A stretch of DNA of 64,000 bases from Spirochaetota bacterium (GTDB lineage: Bacteria > Spirochaetota > UBA4802 > JAFGDQ01). The notes under the pieces were generated by a model. The model ran no database searches, was not told the DNA's origin, and saw only the letters and a list, made by a program, of their open reading frames with translations. The stretch is from contig JAZDKB010000009.1 in assembly GCA_043803405.1 (NCBI GenBank), forward strand, positions 128,001-192,000, given 5' to 3'. The number at the start of each line of letters is the position of its first letter. Positions within the stretch are counted from its first letter, which is position 1. Position numbers and translations under genes: made by a program. Below, piece by piece: positions 41,067-52,800 of this stretch.

Positions 41067-41163
41067 GTAGAGACGCACGGCCGTGCGTCTCTACACGATT
41101 ATCCCCCTGCGTCTCTACACGATTATCCCCGTGCATCTCTACAATATTTCCGTGCGTTTCTAT
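41067..41163. repeat. GTAG-type REP palindrome plus three tandem half-REP units
   Basis: GTAGAGACGCACGGCCGTGCGTCTCTAC, then two ~24-bp units ACGATTATCCCC[C/G]TGC[G/A]TCTCTAC and a shorter degenerate third unit. Confidence 0.9.
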
Positions 41164-41755
41164 ATATGTTCCTCTGCTTTCCAATTTTTGGGATTTTCTT
41201 TAATATACTGCCTTATTGCAGATAGTTCTTTATCATTGCGAATAATTACATCGTAAAACCGCGTTTGCCAAACAGGCAACCGCGGTGTTCCGCGATATTC
41301 GTTAATACGTCTGGTTGCACCCGCTTTAAATCCTGCGATAAATGATGAAATGGATTTCGGCGCACGTCTCGGCATTTGCGTTGATAATTCCCGTAGAGTA
41401 GAGACGCACAGCCGTGCGTCTCTACTACACGATTATCCCCCTGCGTCTCTGCGGGACGCCCCTGCATTTTTGCGTATTTGATCACTACAATTGCGTGAAT
41501 ATGATCCGGCATTATAATATATGCATCCGGTGCTAATTCCTTTCGTATTTCAAACGATCTTTCCCATTCCAGTCTGACAATCTCACCTGTCGGATTTAAC
41601 TGCATTTTCCTGTCACGTATTTCTCCGAACAGGCATTCCTTATTTGCAGTACATATTGTCAGGTAATACCATCCGGGGAAAGAATAATCCCATCCCTTTA
41701 ATCTGGCAGATGGTACTCTGTAAATATTTTTGAATAACTCCCTGTCATCACTCAT
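41160..41755 (-). pseudogene. REP-associated tyrosine transposase (RAYT/TnpA-REP), frameshifted
   Basis: 'SARLKGWDYS..GWYYLTICT', HUH 'MPDHIHAIV', then in another frame 'SISSFIAGFK...VWQTRFYDVIIRN...YIKENP'; internal REP at 41398-41425. Confidence 0.88.
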
Positions 41756-42000
41756 AAGTAAATTTAACTTAAAATTATAATTATCAGTGTATATGAAACC
41801 TTCTTCTGAAAAACCGAATTTTAAAATCCTGTTTTAATTCTTTTATCGTTTCTTCCGGATTTGTCCCAGCCCTGCCGGCAGGTTGAATTGTTAAATAATC
41901 AATTTCAATAACAATTCTTTTACGAAAATTCTATATCATTACTTTAAAAAAAATGCATAAGTAGAATACTTTAACAACTATTTAAAAGTATTATTAAAAC

Positions 42001-43812
42001 TTAATTTATACCGCCCCCGATAGCCTCAAGCTCTTCCCATCTTATAAAAAGAAGATCAAGCTCTTTTTCGAGCTGTTCCAGCTCGGCCTTTATTTCCGTA
42101 ACCTTTGGCCCGCTTTGTTTATAGAAAGAAGGATCAGCCATCAGCGCATAGATTTCATGCTTTCTCTTTTCCTTTTCCTCAATGACCAGATGAATTGATT
42201 CATACTCTTTTTTTTCTTTAAAGGAAAGCTTTGTTTTCTCAGGTGTTTTCTTTACGCGGTCGTTCTTTTTTTGTTTTTCTTCCTTTACTGTTTTATCGGG
42301 TTTTTGAGCCAGCCAGTCGTCATATCCGCCTGCATACTCCCTTACTTCGGAATTTCCTTCAAACGCGAAAATACCGGTTACAACATTATTTAAAAAAGAT
42401 CTGTCATGGCTAACAAGAAGGAGGGTTCCCTCATAGTCAAGCAATAGCCCTTCGAGGAGCTCAATGGTCTCAATATCAAGATCATTTGTAGGCTCGTCCA
42501 TGATGAGAAAATTAAACGCCTTTGTAAAAAGCTTTGCGAGAAGAAGCCTGTTCTTTTCTCCGCCGGATAATACCTTTACCGGTTCGTCTGCCCTGTCCGG
42601 GCTGAAAAGGAAATCCTCAAGGTAGCCGATCACATGCCTTTTCCTGCCGTTAAAATCGATTATTTCCCCGCTGCCGGAAACATTCTGCTTAATTGTAAGA
42701 TTATCATCGAGCTGATTTCTAAGCTGGTCAAAATACGCTTTCTGAATCCCTGCCCCGATCCGCACATCCCCGCTTTGCGTTTCCAGCTCACCTAACAATG
42801 TTTTTATGAGTGTGCTTTTCCCGCACCCGTTCGGCCCTATTATGCCTATCCTGTCGCCCCTCATTATCCTTGTCGAGAAACCAGAGAACAACTTTTCATC
42901 AGTGTATCCAAATGAGATATCCGTAGCTTCTATTATCATCTTCCCTGAGTTTCCTGCCCTCTGCATCTCCATGCGGACATTGCCGGCGCGCTCCCTGCGC
43001 GCCGCCCTTTCCCCGCGCAGCTTTAAGAGCGCCCTTACCCTGCCCTCGTTCCTTGTGCGGCGCGCCTTTATCCCCTGCCTTATCCATGCCTCTTCCTGCG
43101 CCAGCTTTTTATCAAAGAGAGCGTTTCTAGTTTCCTCAGACTCCAGCCATGCGTCCTTCCTCTGCAAAAAAGTCCTGTAATCGCACTTCCAGTCAAAAAG
43201 CTTTCCCCTGTCCAGCTCTACAATACGGTTTGCGATCTTCTGAAGAAACGCGCGGTCATGCGTTACAAAAAAAATAGTCTTGTTATACCTGCTTAAAAAA
43301 TCCTCCAGCCACTTTATCGATTCAATATCAAGATGATTAGTCGGCTCATCAAGAAGCAGAATATCCGGTTCATTCACAAGAGCGCGGCCCAGAAGTACTC
43401 TCCTTTTCATTCCTGCAGAAAGGTTCTCAAAGAGAAGTTCAGGATCAAGCTTCAGTAATGATATGGTCTTTTCTATCTGAATATGAATCTTCTGCTCTTC
43501 AGCATTATCCAGATGATTAAGCAGCGAATCATGAACTCCTGCTCCGCCTGCGATAACAGCATATACAGTTCCGGAAAGATCACGCGGTACTTCCTGCGAG
43601 AGCAACGCAGTCTTAAGCCCCTTTTCGCGGAACATACTTCCGGAGTCCGGTTCAATTCCGCCATTAATAAGATTCATCATTGTAGATTTTCCTGCCCCGT
43701 TGCGGCCGAGCAGGCATATCTTCTCACCCTGATGTATCTGCAGGTCAACGCAGTCAAGAAGAGGAATACTCCCGAAACCAAAGGATACGTTCTGTAGATT
43801 TAATAATGCCAC
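42001..43812 (-). CDS. uup: ABC-F ATPase Uup-like
   Basis: Two ABC domains ('GRNGAGKST', 'GPNGCGKST'), 'GIKARRTRNEGRVRAL', C-terminal coiled coil. Confidence 0.9.
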   Translation of the reverse strand: MALLNLQNVSFGFGSIPLLDCVDLQIHQGEKICLLGRNGAGKSTMMNLINGGIEPDSGSMFREKGLKTALLSQEVPRDLSGTVYAVIAGGAGVHDSLLNHLDNAEEQKIHIQIEKTISLLKLDPELLFENLSAGMKRRVLLGRALVNEPDILLLDEPTNHLDIESIKWLEDFLSRYNKTIFFVTHDRAFLQKIANRIVELDRGKLFDWKCDYRTFLQRKDAWLESEETRNALFDKKLAQEEAWIRQGIKARRTRNEGRVRALLKLRGERAARRERAGNVRMEMQRAGNSGKMIIEATDISFGYTDEKLFSGFSTRIMRGDRIGIIGPNGCGKSTLIKTLLGELETQSGDVRIGAGIQKAYFDQLRNQLDDNLTIKQNVSGSGEIIDFNGRKRHVIGYLEDFLFSPDRADEPVKVLSGGEKNRLLLAKLFTKAFNFLIMDEPTNDLDIETIELLEGLLLDYEGTLLLVSHDRSFLNNVVTGIFAFEGNSEVREYAGGYDDWLAQKPDKTVKEEKQKKNDRVKKTPEKTKLSFKEKKEYESIHLVIEEKEKRKHEIYALMADPSFYKQSGPKVTEIKAELEQLEKELDLLFIRWEELEAIGGGIN

Positions 43813-43863
43813 ACTGTTTTCCTGTTTTATAATTTTATTAGAACTTATCTTAAAAATAGTTAA

Positions 43864-43988
43864 TAGTGTTTGCGATGTTAAAATTTGATGGAATTAGTAA
43901 AAATTTTCGAGGACTGTTTGAGTTTTCCAAGTTTTGTCCGAGTTCCGCAGGAAATTTTTACTAATTCTATCAAATTTTTAAAGCACTA
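43864..43988. mobile_element. MITE-like inverted-repeat element
   Basis: 27-bp IR (26/27 match) AAAATTTGATGGAATTAGTAAAAATTT at 43880-43906 and 43952-43978; outer TAGTG/CACTA ends. Confidence 0.7.
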
Positions 43989-43989
43989 G

Positions 43990-44604
43990 TTAATATTCAG
44001 ATGAGCTCTTGTTGCTTACCAGCTTCCATCGGAAGTACTTAATATCTGCCAGGTCCATCATCTCTTTATCATCAGCCGAATCCCCGTAAGCATATATAGT
44101 CTGATATTTTTCGATATTATAATTCTCTTTTATTCTCTTTGCTTTTTCTTTTCCGCCGCAATCACCGCGATAATACTTTCCTGTAATAAGCCCGTCTTTA
44201 ACCTCGAACTGCGAACAGATAAGACCCAACCCGTGTTTATCGCACCAGCGTTTCAGGTAAACATCAAAAGACGCAGAAACGATAACGACAGTATCTCCCT
44301 GCGATTTATGCCACTCAATTATTTTTAATGCTTCGGGAATTACATATTGCGGTAAAACCTGATCTGCATATTTAACTCCGATGGATTGAATATCAGTTAA
44401 CTTGCGGCCTTTAAAAGCAAATCCTGCCACTGTTTCCCTGGTTTTCCCGGATGGTATTATGCCCAGTTTATATCCTAAAATTACCGGGATCAGAATCATC
44501 TTTCCAAGCATTATTCTTTTACGTTCAGCTGCAAAATAAATAAAATCAATATAAGTATCTATTGTTGTAATTGTTCTATCGAAATCAAATAATGCAAGAT
44601 TCAT
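43990..44604 (-). CDS. HAD-IB family hydrolase
   Basis: 'LFDFDRTIT', 'IVSAS', 'YAYGDSADD'. Confidence 0.9.
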   Translation of the reverse strand: MNLALFDFDRTITTIDTYIDFIYFAAERKRIMLGKMILIPVILGYKLGIIPSGKTRETVAGFAFKGRKLTDIQSIGVKYADQVLPQYVIPEALKIIEWHKSQGDTVVIVSASFDVYLKRWCDKHGLGLICSQFEVKDGLITGKYYRGDCGGKEKAKRIKENYNIEKYQTIYAYGDSADDKEMMDLADIKYFRWKLVSNKSSSEY

Positions 44605-44683
44605 AAAATTACTCTAAATTAAAAACATCGCAATTTGCATGCTGCAAACAGTAGTCACCTTTTCTTATTGGTGTTAAAATAAA

Positions 44684-44761
44684 ATACCCCGGGGTAACCC
44701 CCTGGTACTGACATAACAACCGCCACCTTCGGTGTCGGCTGGGTATTATGTTTCAAGGCGT
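44684..44761. repeat. CCCCGGGG(C/T)AA hairpin repeat element
   Basis: ATACCCCGGGGTAACCCCCTGGTAC hairpin ending TTTCAAGGCGT; related to 45630 and 4489. Confidence 0.55.
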
Positions 44762-45206
44762 TTAAATAAAAAAGCTGATTTTTCCCCCGCTCTTATATGC
44801 ATATTATAATATCCGCGATACTTATAACAATATAAAATCTTGTCATCATAAATATTACAATGAATCTATTTCAGTGAAAATAAATTCCCTAATTTCTCTC
44901 TTAGTTAAAAAATTATGCTTTCAATAACTTGTTTATTATGTTATATTCATTTCTGAATTTACAGGGAAAAATTCCATACAATAAATTAGATTCCATACCC
45001 CAAAATTTTGATTAAAAAATAATTATCAATTATATTTTTATCTAACTTTCCGTGACTACCATTTTACTTTTTTAAATGTTTAATATTTCCTGACAGTTTT
45101 TACGTGCAAAAGCAATCGTGTTTTTGTTGTAATATTATTTGAAAAAACTAATGAAAAGTTAGAAAACGCTTCCCGAAACCCAATACCAATAATAGGAGAT
45201 AGTATT

Positions 45207-45626
45207 ATGAAAATCAGGACAATATTTATTATCATGTTCTTTTTCGCAGCTTTCATTGCCTGCAGTCCAAAGGAAGACAAATCCTCTGCTCCTGCTGAGA
45301 CTAGTAAATTGCAGACTTATGCTTACGCAGAAAAGGATGAATTCATAAAAAAAATGAAAGCCGAATTAAATAAAGTGAACATGGAGTTAATGGAGCTAGA
45401 AACGAAAGCTAAAACATTAAAAAAAGAAGCCAAATCAGAAGCAAAACAAAAAATTCAAATGTTAAAGGATAAATCAAATGCTTTAAATAAGCAGATTGAC
45501 AAAGCCAAAAACGCCACAGAAGCTACATGGAACGGAATAATGGGCGATTTCAATAAATCTTTCAGTGAAATCAAGGACTCTGTTGAGCAAACACGTACCT
45601 GGCTGAGTAAAAAAATCGCTCCTTAA
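45207..45626 (+). CDS. Coiled-coil lipoprotein
   Basis: Lipobox 'FIAC'; Lys/Glu-rich helices, 'ATEATWNGI'. Confidence 0.8.
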   Translation: MKIRTIFIIMFFFAAFIACSPKEDKSSAPAETSKLQTYAYAEKDEFIKKMKAELNKVNMELMELETKAKTLKKEAKSEAKQKIQMLKDKSNALNKQIDKAKNATEATWNGIMGDFNKSFSEIKDSVEQTRTWLSKKIAP

Positions 45627-45629
45627 TAA

Positions 45630-45712
45630 AATGCCCCGGGGCAAGCGTCGAGGTATTACGCCTTGAAATAAAATGTCCCGAACTAAGATGCCGATGCTGT
45701 CGCATCGGCATC
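45630..45712. repeat. CCCCGGGGCAAG hairpin element plus an 11-bp stem-loop
   Basis: AATGCCCCGGGGCAAGCGTCGAGGTATT-ACGCCTTGAAA; GATGCCGATGC-tgtc-GCATCGGCATC. Confidence 0.55.
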
Positions 45713-45841
45713 CGTTTCCTGTGCAGGTCGGTATATTTAAATAGTTAAAATATAAATAACAATACTTATAATTAAATTGCCTGTGTAATTGTAAGCAATT
45801 ACACAGCTCTTTTAAAATTAAATATTACTAATGGAGAAATT

Positions 45842-46702
45842 ATGAACCAGACCTGGATTTATATTACTATAGCAATTGTTGTTATCCTGTTCTTCCTGGG
45901 GATACGAATTGTACGTCCTACTCAAAGGGGTTTAATCGAGCGTCTTGGCAAATACGTACGGTTTGCCAAGCCGGGATTTCACTGGATTTTTCCGGTTATC
46001 GAAAAGATGTATCTTGTGAATATTACGGAACAGATGGTGGATGCAGAGCCTCAGGAAATTATCACCAATGATAATCTCAATGCCCGCGTGGATGCACAGG
46101 TTTATTTCAAAGTGAAGGAAGAAGAGGATGAAGTAAAAAAATCGATATACAAAGTAAATAATTACCAGTGGCAGATTGTAAACCTTGCCAGAACTACTCT
46201 GCGGAATATCATTGGTACAATGTCTCTTAAATCGGCCAATAGCGAGAGAAGCAGAATAAATACGGAATTGCTGAAAACTCTTACTACGGAAACCGCACAC
46301 TGGGGTATAGATGTTGTCAGGACGGAATTGAAAGAAATCGATCCGCCCAAGGATGTCCAGGAAACAATGAACAAAGTAGTTAAGGCGGAAAATGAAAAGA
46401 TAGCAGCGATAGATTTTGCAACGGCCACGGAAACAGATGCTGACGGGCAAAAAAGGTCAGAAATAAAAAAGGCCGAAGGTGTCAGACAGGCTAGAATATT
46501 ACAGGCCGAAGGCGAGGCTCAGGCGATTAAACTCGTGAACGAAGCAGCGGAAAAATATTTTGTCGGAAATGCACAATTATTAAGAAGAATCCAAATGGTG
46601 GAAGAAGGCCTTAAAAATAATTCCAAGATAGTTGTACCTGCAGGATCCGATCTAGTCAATGTTATTGGTGAAATGGCCGGAATTTTGCCTATAAAGAGAT
46701 GA
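45842..46702 (+). CDS. SPFH/band 7 domain protein
   Basis: N-terminal TM; 'LIERLGKY...PGFHW', 'QEIITNDN', 'TTLRNIIG', 'WGIDVVRTE'. Confidence 0.92.
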   Translation: MNQTWIYITIAIVVILFFLGIRIVRPTQRGLIERLGKYVRFAKPGFHWIFPVIEKMYLVNITEQMVDAEPQEIITNDNLNARVDAQVYFKVKEEEDEVKKSIYKVNNYQWQIVNLARTTLRNIIGTMSLKSANSERSRINTELLKTLTTETAHWGIDVVRTELKEIDPPKDVQETMNKVVKAENEKIAAIDFATATETDADGQKRSEIKKAEGVRQARILQAEGEAQAIKLVNEAAEKYFVGNAQLLRRIQMVEEGLKNNSKIVVPAGSDLVNVIGEMAGILPIKR

Positions 46703-46760
46703 AGGTGTTAGCTCTATACTAAGAACGCATTTCAGTAAATATGTCATTCATAATCTGACT

Positions 46761-46830
46761 GGATAATATCTATGGAGCAGGCGACAGGCCGCTCTCGCAC
46801 CTCCTGTGCTTCGCGGCATTCGCCACCTCT
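46761..46830. repeat. Partial copy of the 34537 element
   Basis: 28 nt GGATAATATCTATGGAGCAGGCGACAGG identical to 34550-34577. Confidence 0.75.
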
Positions 46831-46840
46831 CAAGCATTTA

Positions 46841-49800
46841 TTATTCTCCTCCTGCTGCTCCGACTATTATCAATTCTACCGCGTGTTCCTGACGGTCATC
46901 AACAAGTGGAATAATATTGTCGAATCGTTCAACTCCATCTATGGTCAGGATTGTCTCAATGCTTCCAGCCGGCATTTGCCGGATAATGATATGATAGATG
47001 GTTTCACGGTAGCGGTAATGCATTTGGAACGTCTCCCAATCTGCAGGGAGGCACGGTTCGAACCGCAGTTTGTCTACTTCAAGTCTTAGGCCAAGGAGTG
47101 ATTCCATGATAAGCCGGTACATCCAGCCTGCGGATCCTGTGTACCATGTCCATCCGCCGCGTCCGATATGCGGTGATACGGCATATACGTCTGCTGCGAC
47201 AACATATGGTTCTGCTTTATAGGTTTCAATTGTTTCAGGAGATAGCCCATGGCTCACAGGGTTGATTATTGACAGGATTTCCCACGCGCGGTCTCTGTCT
47301 CCCAATGCGGCGAATGCCATTGCTGTCCAGACTGCTCCATGAGTGTATTGCCCGCCGTTCTCCCTCACGCCGGGAACATAGCCCTTTATATATCCGGGAT
47401 TTAAATTTGATTTGTCGAAAGGCGGGTCCAGTAGCTGAACAAGAGAACGATCGCGCCTGACGAGATGTTTTTCAACCGCATCCATTGCCTTGCGCGAGCG
47501 TCGGGCATCGCCGGCACCGGATAGAACAGACCAGCTTTGTGCAATGGAATCAATCCGGCATTCCGCATTATGCGCAGAACCGAGCGGCGAACCGTCATCA
47601 AAGAAAGCGCGGAGATACCACTCTCCGTCCCAGGCATTCTGTTCGATATTTTTTTTAAGTTCACCTGCTTCCTTCAGACAGCGTTCTGCAAAGGGCAGAT
47701 CATTATGCAGACGTGCAATCTCATTAAATCGAATAAATACTTTATAAAGAAAGAATCCAAGCCATACACTTTCTCCTTTGCCGTTTTCACCAACCTTATT
47801 CATTCCGTCGTTCCAGTCCCCTGAACCGATAAGCGGGAGGCCGTGCGCCCCGAAACTTTCAAGGCTTCTCATGATGGCCCGCACGCAGTGGTCATATAAA
47901 CCGGCAGTCTCTCCGGACATGCCCGGCAGATCATAATACGAATCCTCGTCCGCGTTAACCGGGCGGCCTTCGATGAAATGAATGGTTTCATCCAGTACCC
48001 CCGTATCTCCGGTGGTCAGAACATAGCGGGCTACAGCCAGCGGCAGCCAGAGGTAATCATCCGAACAATGCGTACGCACACCCCTGCCCGACGGCGGATG
48101 CCACCAGTGTTGTACATCTCCCTCTTTGAACTGATGTGCCGCGCAGAGGAGGAGGTGCCCGCGTACAAGGCGCGGTTCGCTATGGATAACAGCCATCACA
48201 TCCTGCAACTGGTCGCGGAAGCCGAATGCGCCACCCGACTGATAATATCCGCTGCGGGCCCAGAGACGGCATGCAATAGTCTGGTACAAAAGCCAGCCAT
48301 TGGCCAGTATGTTTACTGACCGGTCGGGTGTTTCCACATTTACAGCGCCCAGAGTATGCTTCCAGTATTGCCATACTGCTTCAAGCGCTCCGCGTGCCGC
48401 AACAGATCCCCAGAAGCGGTGTATCAGATTGCCGGCATCAGCGGCATTCCGGACTGCTCCCATAGTAAATACAATCTCACGTTCTCCCCTTGCAGCAAGT
48501 TCAAAAGAAACACGTATTGTTCCGCACGGATCAAAAGATGCTCCCGTCTTTCCGGAAAGCCGCGACCGTGTCATTGCGGCAGGATTTGACATAGTACCAT
48601 TGCGACCAAGAAATTCTCTACGGTCGCCGCTTACAGTCCGGGTAGTATCATCTGCATTAAAAAATGCGATCCGGCTGCTGAATTCGGTACTGTACGGATT
48701 TCGCGCAAGCAAAGCGCCGCTTTGAGGCTCAATCTCTGTAACTATATGCATGGCCGATTTAGCCCGCAAATCTCCCAGCACCCATTCAGCGAACCCGGTG
48801 ACGGAAAGACGGCGTATTCTATCAGACTTGTTACGCACCTTAATTACCGTAAACTTGACAGGAGCATCAATGGCAACATATACCCACACCTCTGTATTAA
48901 TACCCCGTTCTGTGTGCTCAAAAACACTGTACCCGAATCCATGGCGCGTAATATAAGGCGTATGTCCGCGGCATGGCAACGGCATGGGAGACCAGTAATG
49001 TCCGCGATCTTCATCGCGAATATAAAATGCTTCTCCGCCGGAATCGCTTACAGGATCATTGTACCATGGCGTAAGACGGAATTCATGCGCATTCTCGCTC
49101 CACGTATATCCAGTGCCGCTTTCCGAGATAACAGTTCCGAAGTCCGGGTTGGCCAATACATTTGCCCAAGGGGCTGGTGTCAGCTGTCCGCGCGAGGTTG
49201 AAATAACATATTCACGGCCGTCAGGTGTAAATCCGCCCAGACCATTATAAAATATAAGGTCCTGACGTGGCAGAGCTGCTACATCCGACAGATCATGGCT
49301 TTTGGTTCGGACAGGAATAAAATCAGGAACCGTTTCTTCTGTTATATTCCGACGGGACATCTGCTCCGATAGAGTTCCCCTGCTGTCAATGATAACAACG
49401 CGGGCTACCGACTGAAATAATATACGATCCTCCTCGGATATCTGGTCGGCAAGTCGTACGTAGATACTGCCGGGCCTGTCTGCTGCATTTGCATTATTGC
49501 CTGCGGCAATAAGCGCCGTAATCTGATCCTGGAGATTCTGCCTGTACCCGGCGTGATCTTCATTCCAGATTACCAGGTCAACTGCCAGTCCCTTGAGACG
49601 CCAGTAAGTGTACGCCTGAATGAGTTGACGAACAAGATTGATATTGGCCTGATCTTCAATCTGTAGCAGCACAATGGGAATATCCCCCGAAATGGAATAT
49701 CCCCAGAGACCCGACTGCTGGCGTTTGTTCCTTATAAGAATACCGGGCGCGGCACGCAGCGAAGAGTTTGCGTATATAACCGATGCGGCAAGATGCCCAT

Positions 49801-52800
49801 ACAGTTGCGCGTCAGCTTCAACTGCATTTATCTGCCTCAGAAGTACCTGGCTATGTGTCCATGCCAGATTAAAAACGCGATCCGCGAGATTCCGGTCCCT
49901 GTATTTTTCCACAAGGCTTAGGGTTATGTCCCGCGTTTCACCTACGCCAGTAACGATATTAATCGTCACCTGCTTTTCAGGATTCAGAATTATCTGATTA
50001 CGAATGGCCACAACGGGATCAAGCACAGGTCCCTCTGTTCCGGAGAGTGGAGACAAGTTGCTCATTGCTTCGGGATGAATTAGAGTATTTCCACGGCCAA
50101 TAAACCGCATCCGGTCAGTCTCATAAGATACTTCCCCTGTTTCCGCACCGTGCACGACCATTAAATGAAACATTATGGGCGGATGCTCTTCCGTCGAGCG
50201 CGGACGGCGCGTACAGAATATAGCCTGCTTGCGGCGTACAATCTCCGTCTCCACAAAAAGATTGCTGAAGGCCGGGTGCATCGCGTCCGAAGCCTGATTC
50301 GCGAGCACTACTTCAGCATAACTTGTTATATCAATTGTCTTTCGCGTCCGTCCGCGGTTGGTGATTGTAATCCGTCGAAGCTCGATGTCATCCTCAGGTG
50401 AAACAGCAATTTCGGTATATGTATCGAAATCGTAATCACGGCGGCGAAACTCAGCCCGCCCTTCTGAAAATATTGCTTCATAATTTTTGGATGCTTTAAG
50501 TGCAGGTTGATATGATGTTGACCAGAATTCTTCGCTTGCTAAATCCCGGATATAACAAAATGTACCCCAGTTGTCACACGTGCCGTCTTCACGCCAGCGA
50601 GTCACAGCCATATCCTTCCAGCGGCTGAAACCGCCACCGGCGTTTGTGATCATTACATGATACCTGCCGTTGGATAAAAGCTGTACCTCCGGCATTGGGG
50701 TATCCGGACTATCGTAAACGCGTATAGGCATTTCGTCCACGTCAGTTAAAGCAGAATGTAACTCGGCCTTTGAGAATTCGGTTTTGTTGGAATAGAAGGC
50801 CATGGCTTTCGGCACCCTTTCCTGAAGCAGCGGCATGGTTGCCTGGAACGATAAGTCCGACTCAAACCGTTTCTGCATTTGTCTGTCAAGAATCAGGTAA
50901 GCAAGTGATAGAAAACTCATGCCCTGATGATGAGCCATAAATGAACGAACAATCGCGCTTGATTGACCGCGTGGTATACGCCCAGGAGTATAGTCAACAG
51001 CTTCGTAAAAACCATACTTTCCTTCAGCGCCGAGAGCGGATAATTCTTCGAGATTAATGCATGCCTCAGAAGGTGCCACCATAAGGGCCAGCGCTGAAGC
51101 ATAGGGCGCAATAACAGTATCTGAAGTTAACCCGCGTTTTAACCCCAGACCAGGCACGCCAAAGGCGCGATACTGGTAATTAAAATGAATATCAATCATA
51201 TTATAACCGGATTCCGAAATCCCCCACGGCACGCCTATCTTCTTTCCATACTCGATCTGTCTCGCCACAGCGGCCTTACAGGTCTGGTACAGCAGGGAAT
51301 TCTCGTAGGTCGGCATTACCAGGAGCGGCATCAGGTATTCGAACATGGAACCGCTCCATGAAAGAAGAACCGGCTCTCCTCCAGCTGTTGTGAGCAGTCG
51401 CCCAAGTGCAAACCAGTTCTCCTGCGGCAACTGTCCCTGCGCAATGGCGACGAAACTTGAAATCCTAGCTTCCGATGCAAGTAAATCGTAATAACTCCCG
51501 TCACGCCGGTTTCCGCTGACATTATAACCTATTGCCAGCAAATGACGACTTTCATCAAATAAAAATGCATATTCCATACGTGCGAGTTCCCGGCATTGAA
51601 TTACAAGCTTTTCGATAACAGTAATTCGCTCCGCAGCATGTTTGCTTGCCGTTCTAATAAGATCTGTGAGCTCATTGACTCTTTCGGACTCCCCTGTTGT
51701 CTTTTTATTCGGGCTTTGATCTTTGATGAACGGCATTGATTCGGCATCAAGATCTGCTATCTGGCGCAGAGTCGGGATCCCGCCAAAGCCGGTATAACTG
51801 CTTAGATTATTCGGAAATAGCGGCTGTCCGGTCCAGGGTACAAATAAAGTAAGGTCATCAAGGACGGCCCGGCATTGCTCTGCAAAGGCGCGTGCCCACC
51901 ACCCGGCCTGACTTCCGGAGGCAGGATCAAAACCCTGGATATTATCCAGGTCAAATGTCATAAGTTTATCAAATATTTCCCGCGCGGCCTCAAGCGTATC
52001 CGGCTGAGAAACGCAGACGGATTCCAGGTATTTTTGCAGTTGAACAAGCCCGGCTGGACGGTTTTCTCCGACAGCATCCATAAAAACATTCAGCGTGTCC
52101 CTGAGCCCGTCAAATAATTGCGGTCCGATTATCTTCGTATCCGGGAGCTTTATAAGCCCCTGCTGCAAGGTCAGCAGATGAGCAGCAAGATTACCGCTAT
52201 CTACTGTCGAAACATACATGGGCAGCAGTGGTTTCAGGGATTCAGTGTCATACCAGTTATAGAAATGACCCCTGAAACGTTCCAGATTTTCCATTGTATG
52301 AAAAGCTTTCCCTGTTCGCTCAATAAGCTGCCGGGAATTAATATAGCCGAAATCCCATGCTGATAGATTTGCCAGAAGCGCAAGCCCCATGTTTGTCGGC
52401 GATGTACGGTGGGCAATAACGGCTACCGGGTCTTCCTGAAGATTATCGGGCGGAAGCCAGTTATCCTGCTCTCCGACAAAAGTCTCAAAGAACGCCCATG
52501 TTTTCCTGGAAATCCTTCTGAGAAAGACAATCTGCCCTGCACTGAGCTTTGCTTCCTGCCGGGCAAACGGCCTGCTGATCCACCATGTGAAGACAGGCGA
52601 TAAAAACCACAGAATAAGAACCGGTAATGCTATAAACAGAACATACGGCCTTGAAAAAGCGAGATAATACGCTGTTGCAGCGGCAATTAGCGGGGCGATC
52701 CACATGGCTCGTAATGATCCCGCAAAGTCAGTCCTGCCGCTAGCCTCAGATTCGCCGGACGGATTCCATTCCAGGAGATGCTTCCGTGTGATCAGCATCC

